Source: an uncultured Fimbriimonas sp.
GTDB taxonomy: Bacteria; Armatimonadota; Fimbriimonadia; Fimbriimonadales; Fimbriimonadaceae
Reading direction: 5' to 3'
NCBI GenBank assembly: GCA_945952345.1
Contig: CAMFIS010000004.1
Coordinates: 11,094 to 75,093 of the forward strand
DNA: 64,000 nucleotides
In this document: positions 8,962 through 16,228 of the stretch, piece by piece
Position numbering within the stretch: the first letter of the stretch is position 1
How the letters are laid out: each line of letters opens with the position of its first letter
Position numbers and translations under genes: made by a program
The notes under the pieces: generated by a model
The model's database searches: none
Told to the model about the DNA's origin: nothing
Seen by the model: the letters and a program-made list of their open reading frames with translations, nothing else

Positions 8962-9074
8962 CAGAGCACAAAGCACAGAGCACAGAGTGCCTTAAACCCC
9001 CATCCCAACCCTTTCCCCTCCCAAGGAGCAAGGGGAAGGGCCTGCCCAGAGTGCGGAGTGCAGAGTGTGAGGTT
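8962..9074. repeat. composite intergenic element: heptamer array / CCCCCATCCCAAC box / GC hairpin / heptamer array
   Basis: 8962-8989 reads CAGAGCA CAAAGCA CAGAGCA CAGAGTG. 8997-9009 is CCCCCATCCCAAC, identical to 5853-5865. 9009-9040 is the hairpin CCCTTTCCCCT...AGGGGAAGGG. 9047-9074 reads CAGAGTG CGGAGTG CAGAGTG TGAGGTT. Confidence 0.85.
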
Positions 9075-9097
9075 TGTGCCGATTCGCGAAATGTAGG

Positions 9098-9889
9098 TTA
9101 TTGCTTTGGGCGAATCACGAACGTTCCGTCCTCAAACTTCCAGTCGGCGTGCTTATCCAGGAGGACGAAGTCGAGGATGTTTGCAACAAGGAAGTTGTGA
9201 AGTTTGAGATGGACGGTACCCTTGACTTTCGCGTCGAGCGATACCTTGGCATTGACATCCCGCATCAAGACCTTGATGATCTCTCGAACCTCAGGGCCGC
9301 GATAGTCGGCTAACAATATTCCACGCTCGAGGCCTACCGGCTCAGCGAGAACCACCGACGGAGGCAATTTGCCTTTGGGGAAGACGATAAAGACATTGTT
9401 TTCAAAGCGGTACTCAGTTCCCGTCCGATCCATCAGGTCCTGGAATTCGGCCTCGAAGGATTGGTTCCCGAATTGAAAACTTGTCGATCCTTTGATGTCG
9501 GAAGATATCCAGAAATTGGCGTCGATCGTATCGAGCAGGGTTTCGATCCCCTTAATGGTTGAGCCGTTCTTAAACGTATGCAGGGGTAGGTGTCGATTGG
9601 ATTTCGGATCGCGGAAGATGGCGAAAACACCGTGTTCAAAGCCGTAGGTGCACCCCGCCGCGCGAAGTAGACCAAGCAAGTCCTTCCCAAAATTTGCTGG
9701 CCTGAGCTTCATCTCGACAATGCCCTCGACTCCATCGCCGAGCGAGTATGGGGCACCGGCAGCATGGAAGAGCCGTTTGATCGTCTCGCGAAGGTCGAGC
9801 CGATGAAATTCCATTGCTGGCATTGGGCGACCGAGATAGCTCGCCTCAGATGTTTGGCCAAGGGTAGCGATTGCGATCAGGGCGATCAT
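9098..9889 (-). CDS. secreted protein with three STN/secretin-N-like repeats
   Basis: 263 aa with a short signal peptide (MIALIAIATLGQTSEA). There are three ~80-aa repeats, each ending in a Y/W-x-FE-x-x-x-F-x-I/V motif (CTYGFEHGVFAIF, TEYRFENNVFIVF, ADWKFEDGTFVIR). This pattern resembles STN/secretin N-terminal small domains. Its start overlaps the upstream gene by 4 nt (ATGA). Confidence 0.6.
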   Translation of the reverse strand: MIALIAIATLGQTSEASYLGRPMPAMEFHRLDLRETIKRLFHAAGAPYSLGDGVEGIVEMKLRPANFGKDLLGLLRAAGCTYGFEHGVFAIFRDPKSNRHLPLHTFKNGSTIKGIETLLDTIDANFWISSDIKGSTSFQFGNQSFEAEFQDLMDRTGTEYRFENNVFIVFPKGKLPPSVVLAEPVGLERGILLADYRGPEVREIIKVLMRDVNAKVSLDAKVKGTVHLKLHNFLVANILDFVLLDKHADWKFEDGTFVIRPKQ

Positions 9890-11184
9890 GGCTTTTCTGG
9901 GTCTGACGCTTGGTCATCGGCGAGAATTCTTTTGGCGGCTTTGCGCCGGGCCCGAACGATGAGGAAGATGGGGAGGCCTACGGTGAGCATGCAGCAACCG
10001 CCGAGAATGCTTCCAATTGCGAGGACTTCTTTCTGGTCCTGGCGAAGCGTGGGTTCGAGAGAGGCGAGATCGACGTGCGGCGGTTCCTTCCAGTCATCCC
10101 AGAAGTGCGGATCGACATCGGGATGTCTCCCTTGCTTGAGTTTGCCTTTGATAAATCCGTCTAGGGTGGTCCGGTACAGGCTGGCGTTGTCGAGGAGCGC
10201 CTTGTATTGGCGGAAGAAAACGCCTGAATCCACCGGAAAATATGTCGCACTGGTGCGCAGGCCAGCAAAGGCTATCTTTTTTTCGCTGAGCTTCCTGATT
10301 CGCTGGTATGCGATTTGGTGAAGCAATCCTTTATCGTTAGGAATGGTGGCTTGCAGAGCCGCGATCAGGTCCGGAGAGTCAGGTCCACCTCCCAAAGTCA
10401 TCATGCCGATCACCCCTTTTGCCACCTTATCAGCACCGGTCTTTTCCACGAATTTCTCCCACTCGTCTTCGTTATCGCCGGGCATGTCGAGGTAGTTCTG
10501 CATTTCTAGGTTTGCTTGCGGGGAGGCAAGCTTCGACATGAGACCTTTGTGTGCAAGTTCAATCATCTTAACTTGAACAATTTCGCGTCCAAAGTGAGCA
10601 TCGGGATTAATCGAAATACACTTCTTGAGGTGGGCGATCGACTTGTCGAGGAGAGATTTATCTTGATGGTCGGCCGAGCGGAACCACGAGTGAGCTTCTA
10701 TCGTGCCGAGGTTTGCGTAGTAGCGGTACTCGTGCTCCTTGTTGGGATGGGCATCCAGAGCTTTGCGCTTGATTGCGGCATAGCGAAAGGCTTCTTTCGA
10801 GTTACCGAGCTTGTCATAAGCGACAATGAGATTATCGAGTTCATCCAAATTGGCTGGATCGTTGGCGACGATTTTTGACGATCGGTCGATGCGGAACTGG
10901 TAGTACTCAGGAGGATAAATTTGAATACGTCCAACCAAGGCATCGACAAGGTCGGGCAAACCCTTGGCCTCGGCCGACATGGTGTCGTAGTCCCAGGCGC
11001 AGGCGGCCGACATCGCCGCCATGGCAATCGTAGCTAGGATAGGAAGAATTTTGGCTCGCAAGGTTGGATTTCCTAGAATTTCGGACGAAGGATGGATCAG
11101 GACAAATTCCTCACATTTTTGAGAATTCTCAATATCGGGGGCTTTTTCGCTTGAACTGAATTTGAAAATAAGACAGAATAGCAT
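9886..11184 (-). CDS. TPR-like protein with N-terminal signal peptide and C-terminal membrane anchor
   Basis: 432-aa ORF. The likely true start is the TTG at 11061, giving (M)RAKILPILATIAMAAMSAACAWDYDT, a signal peptide followed by Cys. It has helical-repeat composition and a C-terminal TM helix (VLAIGSILGGCCMLTVGLPIFLIV) followed by a basic tail. Confidence 0.65.
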   Translation of the reverse strand: MLFCLIFKFSSSEKAPDIENSQKCEEFVLIHPSSEILGNPTLRAKILPILATIAMAAMSAACAWDYDTMSAEAKGLPDLVDALVGRIQIYPPEYYQFRIDRSSKIVANDPANLDELDNLIVAYDKLGNSKEAFRYAAIKRKALDAHPNKEHEYRYYANLGTIEAHSWFRSADHQDKSLLDKSIAHLKKCISINPDAHFGREIVQVKMIELAHKGLMSKLASPQANLEMQNYLDMPGDNEDEWEKFVEKTGADKVAKGVIGMMTLGGGPDSPDLIAALQATIPNDKGLLHQIAYQRIRKLSEKKIAFAGLRTSATYFPVDSGVFFRQYKALLDNASLYRTTLDGFIKGKLKQGRHPDVDPHFWDDWKEPPHVDLASLEPTLRQDQKEVLAIGSILGGCCMLTVGLPIFLIVRARRKAAKRILADDQASDPEKP

Positions 11185-11240
11185 TGGAAGCGTGCCGCCT
11201 GCCTGTCAGTCGGTCGTGCAATCCGAAGGTGTGGGTTTTA

Positions 11241-11259
11241 TAAGGAACATAGGAAAGTG
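11241..11259 (+). promoter_or_regulatory. conserved 19-mer TAAGGAACATAGGAAAGTG in the SLH-porin leader (copy 1)
   Basis: Identical 19-mer at 14119-14137 upstream of the paralogous gene, 83 and 94 nt before the respective ATGs. Flanks are similar (GGGTTTTA / GGGATTTG before, CCCC after). Confidence 0.6.
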
Positions 11260-11323
11260 TAAAGCCCCTCTGAAGGAGAGCCGTTCGACGATATTCGTCG
11301 GCATTAATCCGCAGGAGACATGG

Positions 11324-13234
11324 ATGAAGCGAACGTATAAGTACGCTCTGACGGTGGTCCTTGGTCTGGGGGTTGCTTCGGTAGCTTTTGGCCAAGATGG
11401 CTTTCCGGATGTAAAAGACACCCATTGGGCGGCCGATAGCGTCAATCGCTTGAAGTTGACCGGTCTTATCCACGGGGATAGCGACGGCAAATTCAACGGC
11501 GACCGCACAATGACTCGTTATGAAGTCGCGACGATCCTCTACGCGGTTTACAACAAACTGGTCGGTTTCAATGCCGATGTAGAGAAGAATCTTCGCGCGC
11601 TCGAAGCCAAAGTGAATAGCATGAAGGCTCCCGAGCAAGGTCCAAACATCGACCTTACCGACGTCAAATCGGCGATTGCCGATCTGCAACGGGAAGTAGG
11701 ATCGATGAAGTCCTGGAGCGCAGACCTGGCACAGCTGAAGAAGATGCTGCCGAACTACGCACAGGAACTGAAGTCGCTCGGCCAAGATGTCGACGACATG
11801 AAGAAGAAGGTCACGGATATTTCTTCCCGAGTTTCCAAGCTTGAGAAGGGTCCCGGCGGCGTTCAGATTTCTGGCGACATGAACACGTGGATGGCCTCCA
11901 CCTCGCCGTCGGCCGGTTCGACCGTGGTCTTCGACCAAGACGGACGATTCCTCCCGACGAGCAGCACGGCAGCAGGTTTCAACCCGCTGATCATGCTGCA
12001 CGAGCTGGGTGTCAAGTTTGCCGATCCGACCGCGAATGTGCCTTTCAAGGCGGAAGTCGTGATCGGTAACTCGGTAACTGACGGCCGAAACCTCGGTGGA
12101 TTTGGTTCGCAGACTTGGCTTCCGAGCCAGATCGCGACGCCGATCTTCAGTGGCGACGAAACGGTTTACATCAGCGAAGCAACCGCGATGTACAAGCCGA
12201 TGAACCTCCTCGTGGGTCGACAAGGCGTGATGCTGAACAAGTTCATCATGCGACGACCTGACAACACCTGGTCGTTCGACAACGAGCGATGGGACAACCA
12301 CAAGTACTCGTTCGACGGCGCCAACATGGGTCTGTTCAGCGACAAAGTACACGTGTTCACGGGTACGACCAACAACGTGATCAACTCGGCCGGCGGAAAC
12401 GTCCAGCCGTTGTTCTCGGGCGGTCTCCCGGTCGAGCGAATCTTTGGCGCAACGGCTGACTTCAGCTTTGGTGGCGACAAGGGTAAGGTTCAGGCTAGCT
12501 GGGTCAACTTCGATGGTTCGATCGGTTTCAATCCATTCGTGGCCAAGCCTCTCGGCGAAACCGGTCCTCCTCCTCCTCCTTCCGGAACGACCCGATACAA
12601 CGTGTACGGCGCTGACGCATCGTACAACTTCGGGGCCGTCCAAGCGGAGATCGGCGGTGGTAAGTCGACGGCGATTGGTATTCCTGAGCAAACCAACGCT
12701 GCTCAGCCGATGATCAGCACGCTGGTCGACACGGCTAACAGCCGATGGGATGCCTCGCTGAGTTCCAAGAACGACCGATTTGGTTGGAAGCTCGCATATC
12801 GAAGCGTGGAAATCAACTACTTTGCACCAGGCGACTGGGGTCGAGTAGGCATCCTCCGCAACCTTAACGACACCCGAGCGGTCACCGCTTCGGCCATGTT
12901 GAAGGCTACGGACAAGCTGCACCTGCACGGTTGGTATGAGCGCGGCGACGCGATCCAGGGTCCTGGCGACTACACCACGTGGCGCGCCGGTCTTGGCTAC
13001 CAGCTCACTCCGAAATGGATGATGGACTTCATGTACGACGATGCCAAGTTCCGAAATGGATACCAAGGCTTTGCCGCGAACACGGAAAGCAAGTTCTCCA
13101 CGGTCACCCTGGGCTACGATCTTGGCGAGAAGACGATGCTGAACCTCTTCGTTCAGAACTCGGACCTCAAGAACGTCATCAATGCCGCTAACAAGGGCTA
13201 CTTCTACGGCATGAACTTCTCTGTGAAGTTCTAA
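11324..13234 (+). CDS. SLH-domain / coiled-coil / beta-barrel outer-membrane protein (OmpM/SlpA-type porin-tether), paralog 1
   Basis: An internal ATG at 11324 gives the signal peptide MKRTYKYALTVVLGLGVASVAFGQ. An SLH motif follows (FPDVKDTHWAADSVNRLKLTGLIHGDSDGKFNGDRTMTRYEVATILY), then a ~100-aa coiled-coil, then alternating-hydrophobic beta strands ending in a C-terminal Phe (FSVKF). Confidence 0.85.
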   Translation: MKRTYKYALTVVLGLGVASVAFGQDGFPDVKDTHWAADSVNRLKLTGLIHGDSDGKFNGDRTMTRYEVATILYAVYNKLVGFNADVEKNLRALEAKVNSMKAPEQGPNIDLTDVKSAIADLQREVGSMKSWSADLAQLKKMLPNYAQELKSLGQDVDDMKKKVTDISSRVSKLEKGPGGVQISGDMNTWMASTSPSAGSTVVFDQDGRFLPTSSTAAGFNPLIMLHELGVKFADPTANVPFKAEVVIGNSVTDGRNLGGFGSQTWLPSQIATPIFSGDETVYISEATAMYKPMNLLVGRQGVMLNKFIMRRPDNTWSFDNERWDNHKYSFDGANMGLFSDKVHVFTGTTNNVINSAGGNVQPLFSGGLPVERIFGATADFSFGGDKGKVQASWVNFDGSIGFNPFVAKPLGETGPPPPPSGTTRYNVYGADASYNFGAVQAEIGGGKSTAIGIPEQTNAAQPMISTLVDTANSRWDASLSSKNDRFGWKLAYRSVEINYFAPGDWGRVGILRNLNDTRAVTASAMLKATDKLHLHGWYERGDAIQGPGDYTTWRAGLGYQLTPKWMMDFMYDDAKFRNGYQGFAANTESKFSTVTLGYDLGEKTMLNLFVQNSDLKNVINAANKGYFYGMNFSVKF

Positions 13235-13254
13235 GCTACGAAGCAGCCGAAATT

Positions 13255-13287
13255 CGAAGGGCCGGTCGATATTCGACCGGCCCTTCG
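13255..13287 (+). terminator. stem-loop downstream of SLH porin 1
   Basis: Perfect 15-bp inverted repeat CGAAGGGCCGGTCGA / TCGACCGGCCCTTCG with a 3-nt loop, 21 nt after the stop. No T-tract follows. Confidence 0.6.
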
Positions 13288-13292
13288 CAATT

Positions 13293-13334
13293 TAGCTGCT
13301 AGCGACAAGCCACAAGTTGCAAGAACCTTGCTAA
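13293..13334. repeat. 7-nt-phased array TAGCTGC TAGCGAC AAGCCAC AAGTTGC AAGAACC TTGCTAA
   Basis: Six consecutive heptamers with a conserved (T/A)AG...C frame, immediately after the 13255-13287 hairpin. Confidence 0.7.
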
Positions 13335-13343
13335 GATGGGTTC

Positions 13344-13820
13344 ATGCGCGGGCCGGCAATCCTATTCTTTTGTTTGGTTTCTTGTCTTGCGGGTGCAGCT
13401 AACGATCGAGAGCGAGATGGAGCGTGGGCGATTCGCGAAGCAGCAGCGCTGAAGATTGTTGAAATTCATTTGCCAACTTTGCCGAAGAAAGTCAGTCGCC
13501 TTCAAGTTGCGCAGATTTGTCTCCTCGCCAGCATTCGAATCCGAGAGTCTGTTGAACGTTTAGATAAGACCATACAGAAGCTGAACAACGACGTGGACGC
13601 AATGGCTAATGTCGAAATGAAAGAAGGCGATCCACGCATCGACGCATTGCGCCTAAAGGTCAAGGATATCAAATTTGCCATACGAGATTTGGGCAAGCCT
13701 GATCCGAGCGAGCTTAGGAGCTATGCGCGAAGGTATCGAAAGGAACTTCGGCGTCTCGGAGCGGATCCAGATGTGATTGACCGGCACCTCCATGAACTTG
13801 AAAATCGGAAGACTCATTAG
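13344..13820 (+). CDS. putative lipoprotein, helical/coiled-coil
   Basis: 158 aa. It has a signal peptide with lipobox (ILFFCLVSCLAG) and a charged helical remainder. It lies between the two SLH porin paralogs. Confidence 0.55.
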   Translation: MRGPAILFFCLVSCLAGAANDRERDGAWAIREAAALKIVEIHLPTLPKKVSRLQVAQICLLASIRIRESVERLDKTIQKLNNDVDAMANVEMKEGDPRIDALRLKVKDIKFAIRDLGKPDPSELRSYARRYRKELRRLGADPDVIDRHLHELENRKTH

Positions 13821-13842
13821 ATTTTGAATTCGGAGAAGTCAG

Positions 13843-13885
13843 CGATCAGGCGATTTCCCGTGAGTCGGGAGTGCTGATCGTTTTT
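13843..13885 (+). terminator. intrinsic terminator-like nested hairpin with T-tract
   Basis: CGATCAG...CTGATCG encloses TCCCG-TGAGT-CGGGA and is followed by TTTTT (13881-13885). Confidence 0.6.
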
Positions 13886-13930
13886 ACTGGTAAGCCTCCC
13901 TCATTCCTCGTGTCGCGTACCAGTGCCACG
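13886..13930. repeat. ACTGGTAA ... TACCAGTGCCACG inverted pair (TTACCAGTG repeat family)
   Basis: ACTGGTA (13886-13892) and TACCAGT (13918-13924) form a 7-bp inverted repeat. The 13-mer TACCAGTGCCACG matches 19479-19491. Confidence 0.7.
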
Positions 13931-14118
13931 ACTCTCTTTGGTCGAGAAGGTTCATGCATTCCGATTTGAATCTAAAACCTCAGTAAAATTGTCAGGCTTT
14001 TTGCCTAAAAAGGGCCTATTTTGCTTGCAAGGTTGAATTCAATCAGCCATAATAACCATGGCATATTGCCGATGATGCAGGACGCACATACGAGTGCGAG
14101 GTTCAGAAGCGGGATTTG

Positions 14119-14137
14119 TAAGGAACATAGGAAAGTG
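14119..14137 (+). promoter_or_regulatory. conserved 19-mer TAAGGAACATAGGAAAGTG in the SLH-porin leader (copy 2)
   Basis: Exact match to 11241-11259, 94 nt upstream of the ATG at 14213. Confidence 0.6.
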
Positions 14138-14212
14138 CATTTCCCCCGATGGCCGAGTACCACGATGGACTCCTGTGTCGTAAAAATTAACAGGAGAAAA
14201 CGACACAGTAAT

Positions 14213-16150
14213 ATGAACAAAACGTTCAAGTACGCAATCTCGGTCGTCCTCGCAGCAGGCATGGTAACCCCAGCCCTTGCACAGCGAGACAGCTTCCCGG
14301 ATGTCGCGGATACTCACTGGGCCTACGAAGCAGTCACTCGACTCAAGAAGGAAGGCATCATCACCGGTTATCCGGATGGCCTCTTCAAGGGAAATCGAAT
14401 GATCACCCGCTACGAAATGGCGGCTCTGCTCTACGCTCTGTACATGAACCTCAAGAACGTCACCGACGGCCTTGACGGACAGATCAAGACCCTCAACGAG
14501 AAGGTCGACAAGATGAGCGCTAACACCGGTGGCGGTGGTGGTGCTTCGGAAGCCGACGTCCAAGCCCTTCGCGACGCTGTTAACAGCCTTCGACGAGACG
14601 TCGATGCGATGAAGGGATGGGGCAACGACATCACCCAGCTTAAGAAGATGGCAAGCACCTACGAGAAGGAACTTTCTCAGCAGGGCGTCGACGTCGAAGC
14701 AATGAAGAAAGACATTGCTGACCTCGACAAGCGAGTCAAGATTCTTGAAGGCAAGAAGAGCAACCTCCAGATTTCCGGCGACGCCAACTTCTGGATGGCA
14801 GCAGGCGTGAAGGGTAACACCGGAACCGCTGCTCTTAACAGCGACGGTCGCTACTTCGGTGCGAGCGGAACTGGCGCTGGCATCGACACGCTCACGGTTC
14901 TCCACGAGCTTGGTCTTTCCATGAAGACCACCAACGAGACCGGTTCGAACGTGGTCAGCGAACTCGTCGTCGGCAACGCTCTTCAGGGCTTTGGCGACAT
15001 GTCCTCGACGACGTCGTTCAACGGCACGCAGTACAACAACTTCGGCACCGGCACTTCGGTTTATCTGAACCGACTTTACGGCACGCTGAACGACGGTATC
15101 GGCGGTCTGAACTTCAATGCCAAGATTGGTCGACAGGGCCTCAAGCTCGGTCGATTCGTCTTCCAGCGACCTGACACCACCTCGTTCTTCTCGAACGAGC
15201 GATGGGACAACGGCGAGTACGCTCTCGACGGCGCTTCGTTCAAGTTCGGCTTCGGTGCTAACACCGACCTGAACCTGTTCCTTGGCCAAGTCGCGAACAT
15301 CGTCGATGCTTCGGGCAACGCAGTTCAGCCGATCATGATCGGCGAGCCGCAAGCTGCTCAGGGCAGCCTGGCCGCTATGGGCCCGGCTCGCGCTATGGGT
15401 GGTAGCCTTGGCTTCAAGATCGGCGAGAATGGCAAGCTTATGCTTACCTACATCGATCTCGATGCTAACAGCACGGCCAACACTCCGGTTGCTAACCGAC
15501 TTGAGGTCTACGGAGCTGACTTTGACTACAAACTCAGCAACAACCTCAGCCTCTGGGCAGGTACCGGTAAGTCGCAGTTCAAGACCGGCAACAGCACTGT
15601 TGCATTCGGTTCGAAGAACACGCGAAGCAACGTTGGCGTCATGTTCAACGCAGGCGCACTTGGCGTCCACGCAAGCTATGCCGAAATCGGCGATGCTTAC
15701 TTGGCACCAGGCGACTGGAGCAAGGTTGCGATCTACCACAACCTGAACGACCTCAAGAAGACTTCGGTCCACGCGAGCTACACGATCAACGACAAGCTCA
15801 GCCTCCACGGCGGCTACATGCAGGGCGATCAGATGTCGGTTACGAACAAGAATGCTGTTAAGAGCACCACGTTCGGCGCAGACTTCAAGATCAACAGCAA
15901 CTGGAGCCTCATGGCTGACTACGAAGACAGCAAGTTCAAGGGCGGCTACGTCGTAGACGGCGCAACTCCTGAATTCAAGTTCACGACTCTTGGCTTCGGC
16001 TATGATATGGGCGCTAACACGCTCTTCAAGCTGTGGTACCAAGCCAGTGACATCACTGGAATCGGAGCCGGTTCGAGCTTCTTCGGTCTCACCTCCGCTG
16101 GCGCTATGAAGGGCGGCAGCTTCGGTGCTCAGTTCTCGGTTAAGTTCTAA
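14213..16150 (+). CDS. SLH-domain / coiled-coil / beta-barrel outer-membrane protein, paralog 2
   Basis: An internal ATG at 14213 gives MNKTFKYAISVVLAAGMVTPALAQ. An SLH motif follows (FPDVADTHWAYEAVTRLKKEGIITGYPDGLFKGNRMITRYEMAALLY), then a coiled-coil and a beta-barrel region. It ends FSVKF like paralog 1. Confidence 0.85.
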   Translation: MNKTFKYAISVVLAAGMVTPALAQRDSFPDVADTHWAYEAVTRLKKEGIITGYPDGLFKGNRMITRYEMAALLYALYMNLKNVTDGLDGQIKTLNEKVDKMSANTGGGGGASEADVQALRDAVNSLRRDVDAMKGWGNDITQLKKMASTYEKELSQQGVDVEAMKKDIADLDKRVKILEGKKSNLQISGDANFWMAAGVKGNTGTAALNSDGRYFGASGTGAGIDTLTVLHELGLSMKTTNETGSNVVSELVVGNALQGFGDMSSTTSFNGTQYNNFGTGTSVYLNRLYGTLNDGIGGLNFNAKIGRQGLKLGRFVFQRPDTTSFFSNERWDNGEYALDGASFKFGFGANTDLNLFLGQVANIVDASGNAVQPIMIGEPQAAQGSLAAMGPARAMGGSLGFKIGENGKLMLTYIDLDANSTANTPVANRLEVYGADFDYKLSNNLSLWAGTGKSQFKTGNSTVAFGSKNTRSNVGVMFNAGALGVHASYAEIGDAYLAPGDWSKVAIYHNLNDLKKTSVHASYTINDKLSLHGGYMQGDQMSVTNKNAVKSTTFGADFKINSNWSLMADYEDSKFKGGYVVDGATPEFKFTTLGFGYDMGANTLFKLWYQASDITGIGAGSSFFGLTSAGAMKGGSFGAQFSVKF

Positions 16151-16170
16151 GACTTAAACGCGAACAACGA

Positions 16171-16202
16171 AAAGAACCCAACTTCGGTTGGGTTCTTTTT
16201 TT
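16171..16202 (+). terminator. rho-independent terminator
   Basis: AAAGAACCCAAC-TTCG-GTTGGGTTCTTT is followed by a T-run, 21 nt after the porin-2 stop. Confidence 0.85.
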
Positions 16203-16228
16203 GTTAAGCTACAGGCTAAACTCTTGGC

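Noticed and set aside
8940-9097. Possible T-box leader upstream of serS.
   Set aside because: The region is only 158 nt and is filled by the heptamer/hairpin composite. No T-box consensus (GGTGGNACCGCG-like) or specifier-loop architecture is present.
11129-13066. 645-aa minus-strand ORF, together with the 667-aa ORF at 14039-16042, antisense to the SLH porin genes.
   Set aside because: These are mirror-frame shadow ORFs of GC-rich genes. Their composition is Arg/Val/His/Asp-rich and repetitive, with no recognisable motif. The sense strand carries a clear signal peptide, SLH motif and beta-barrel pattern.
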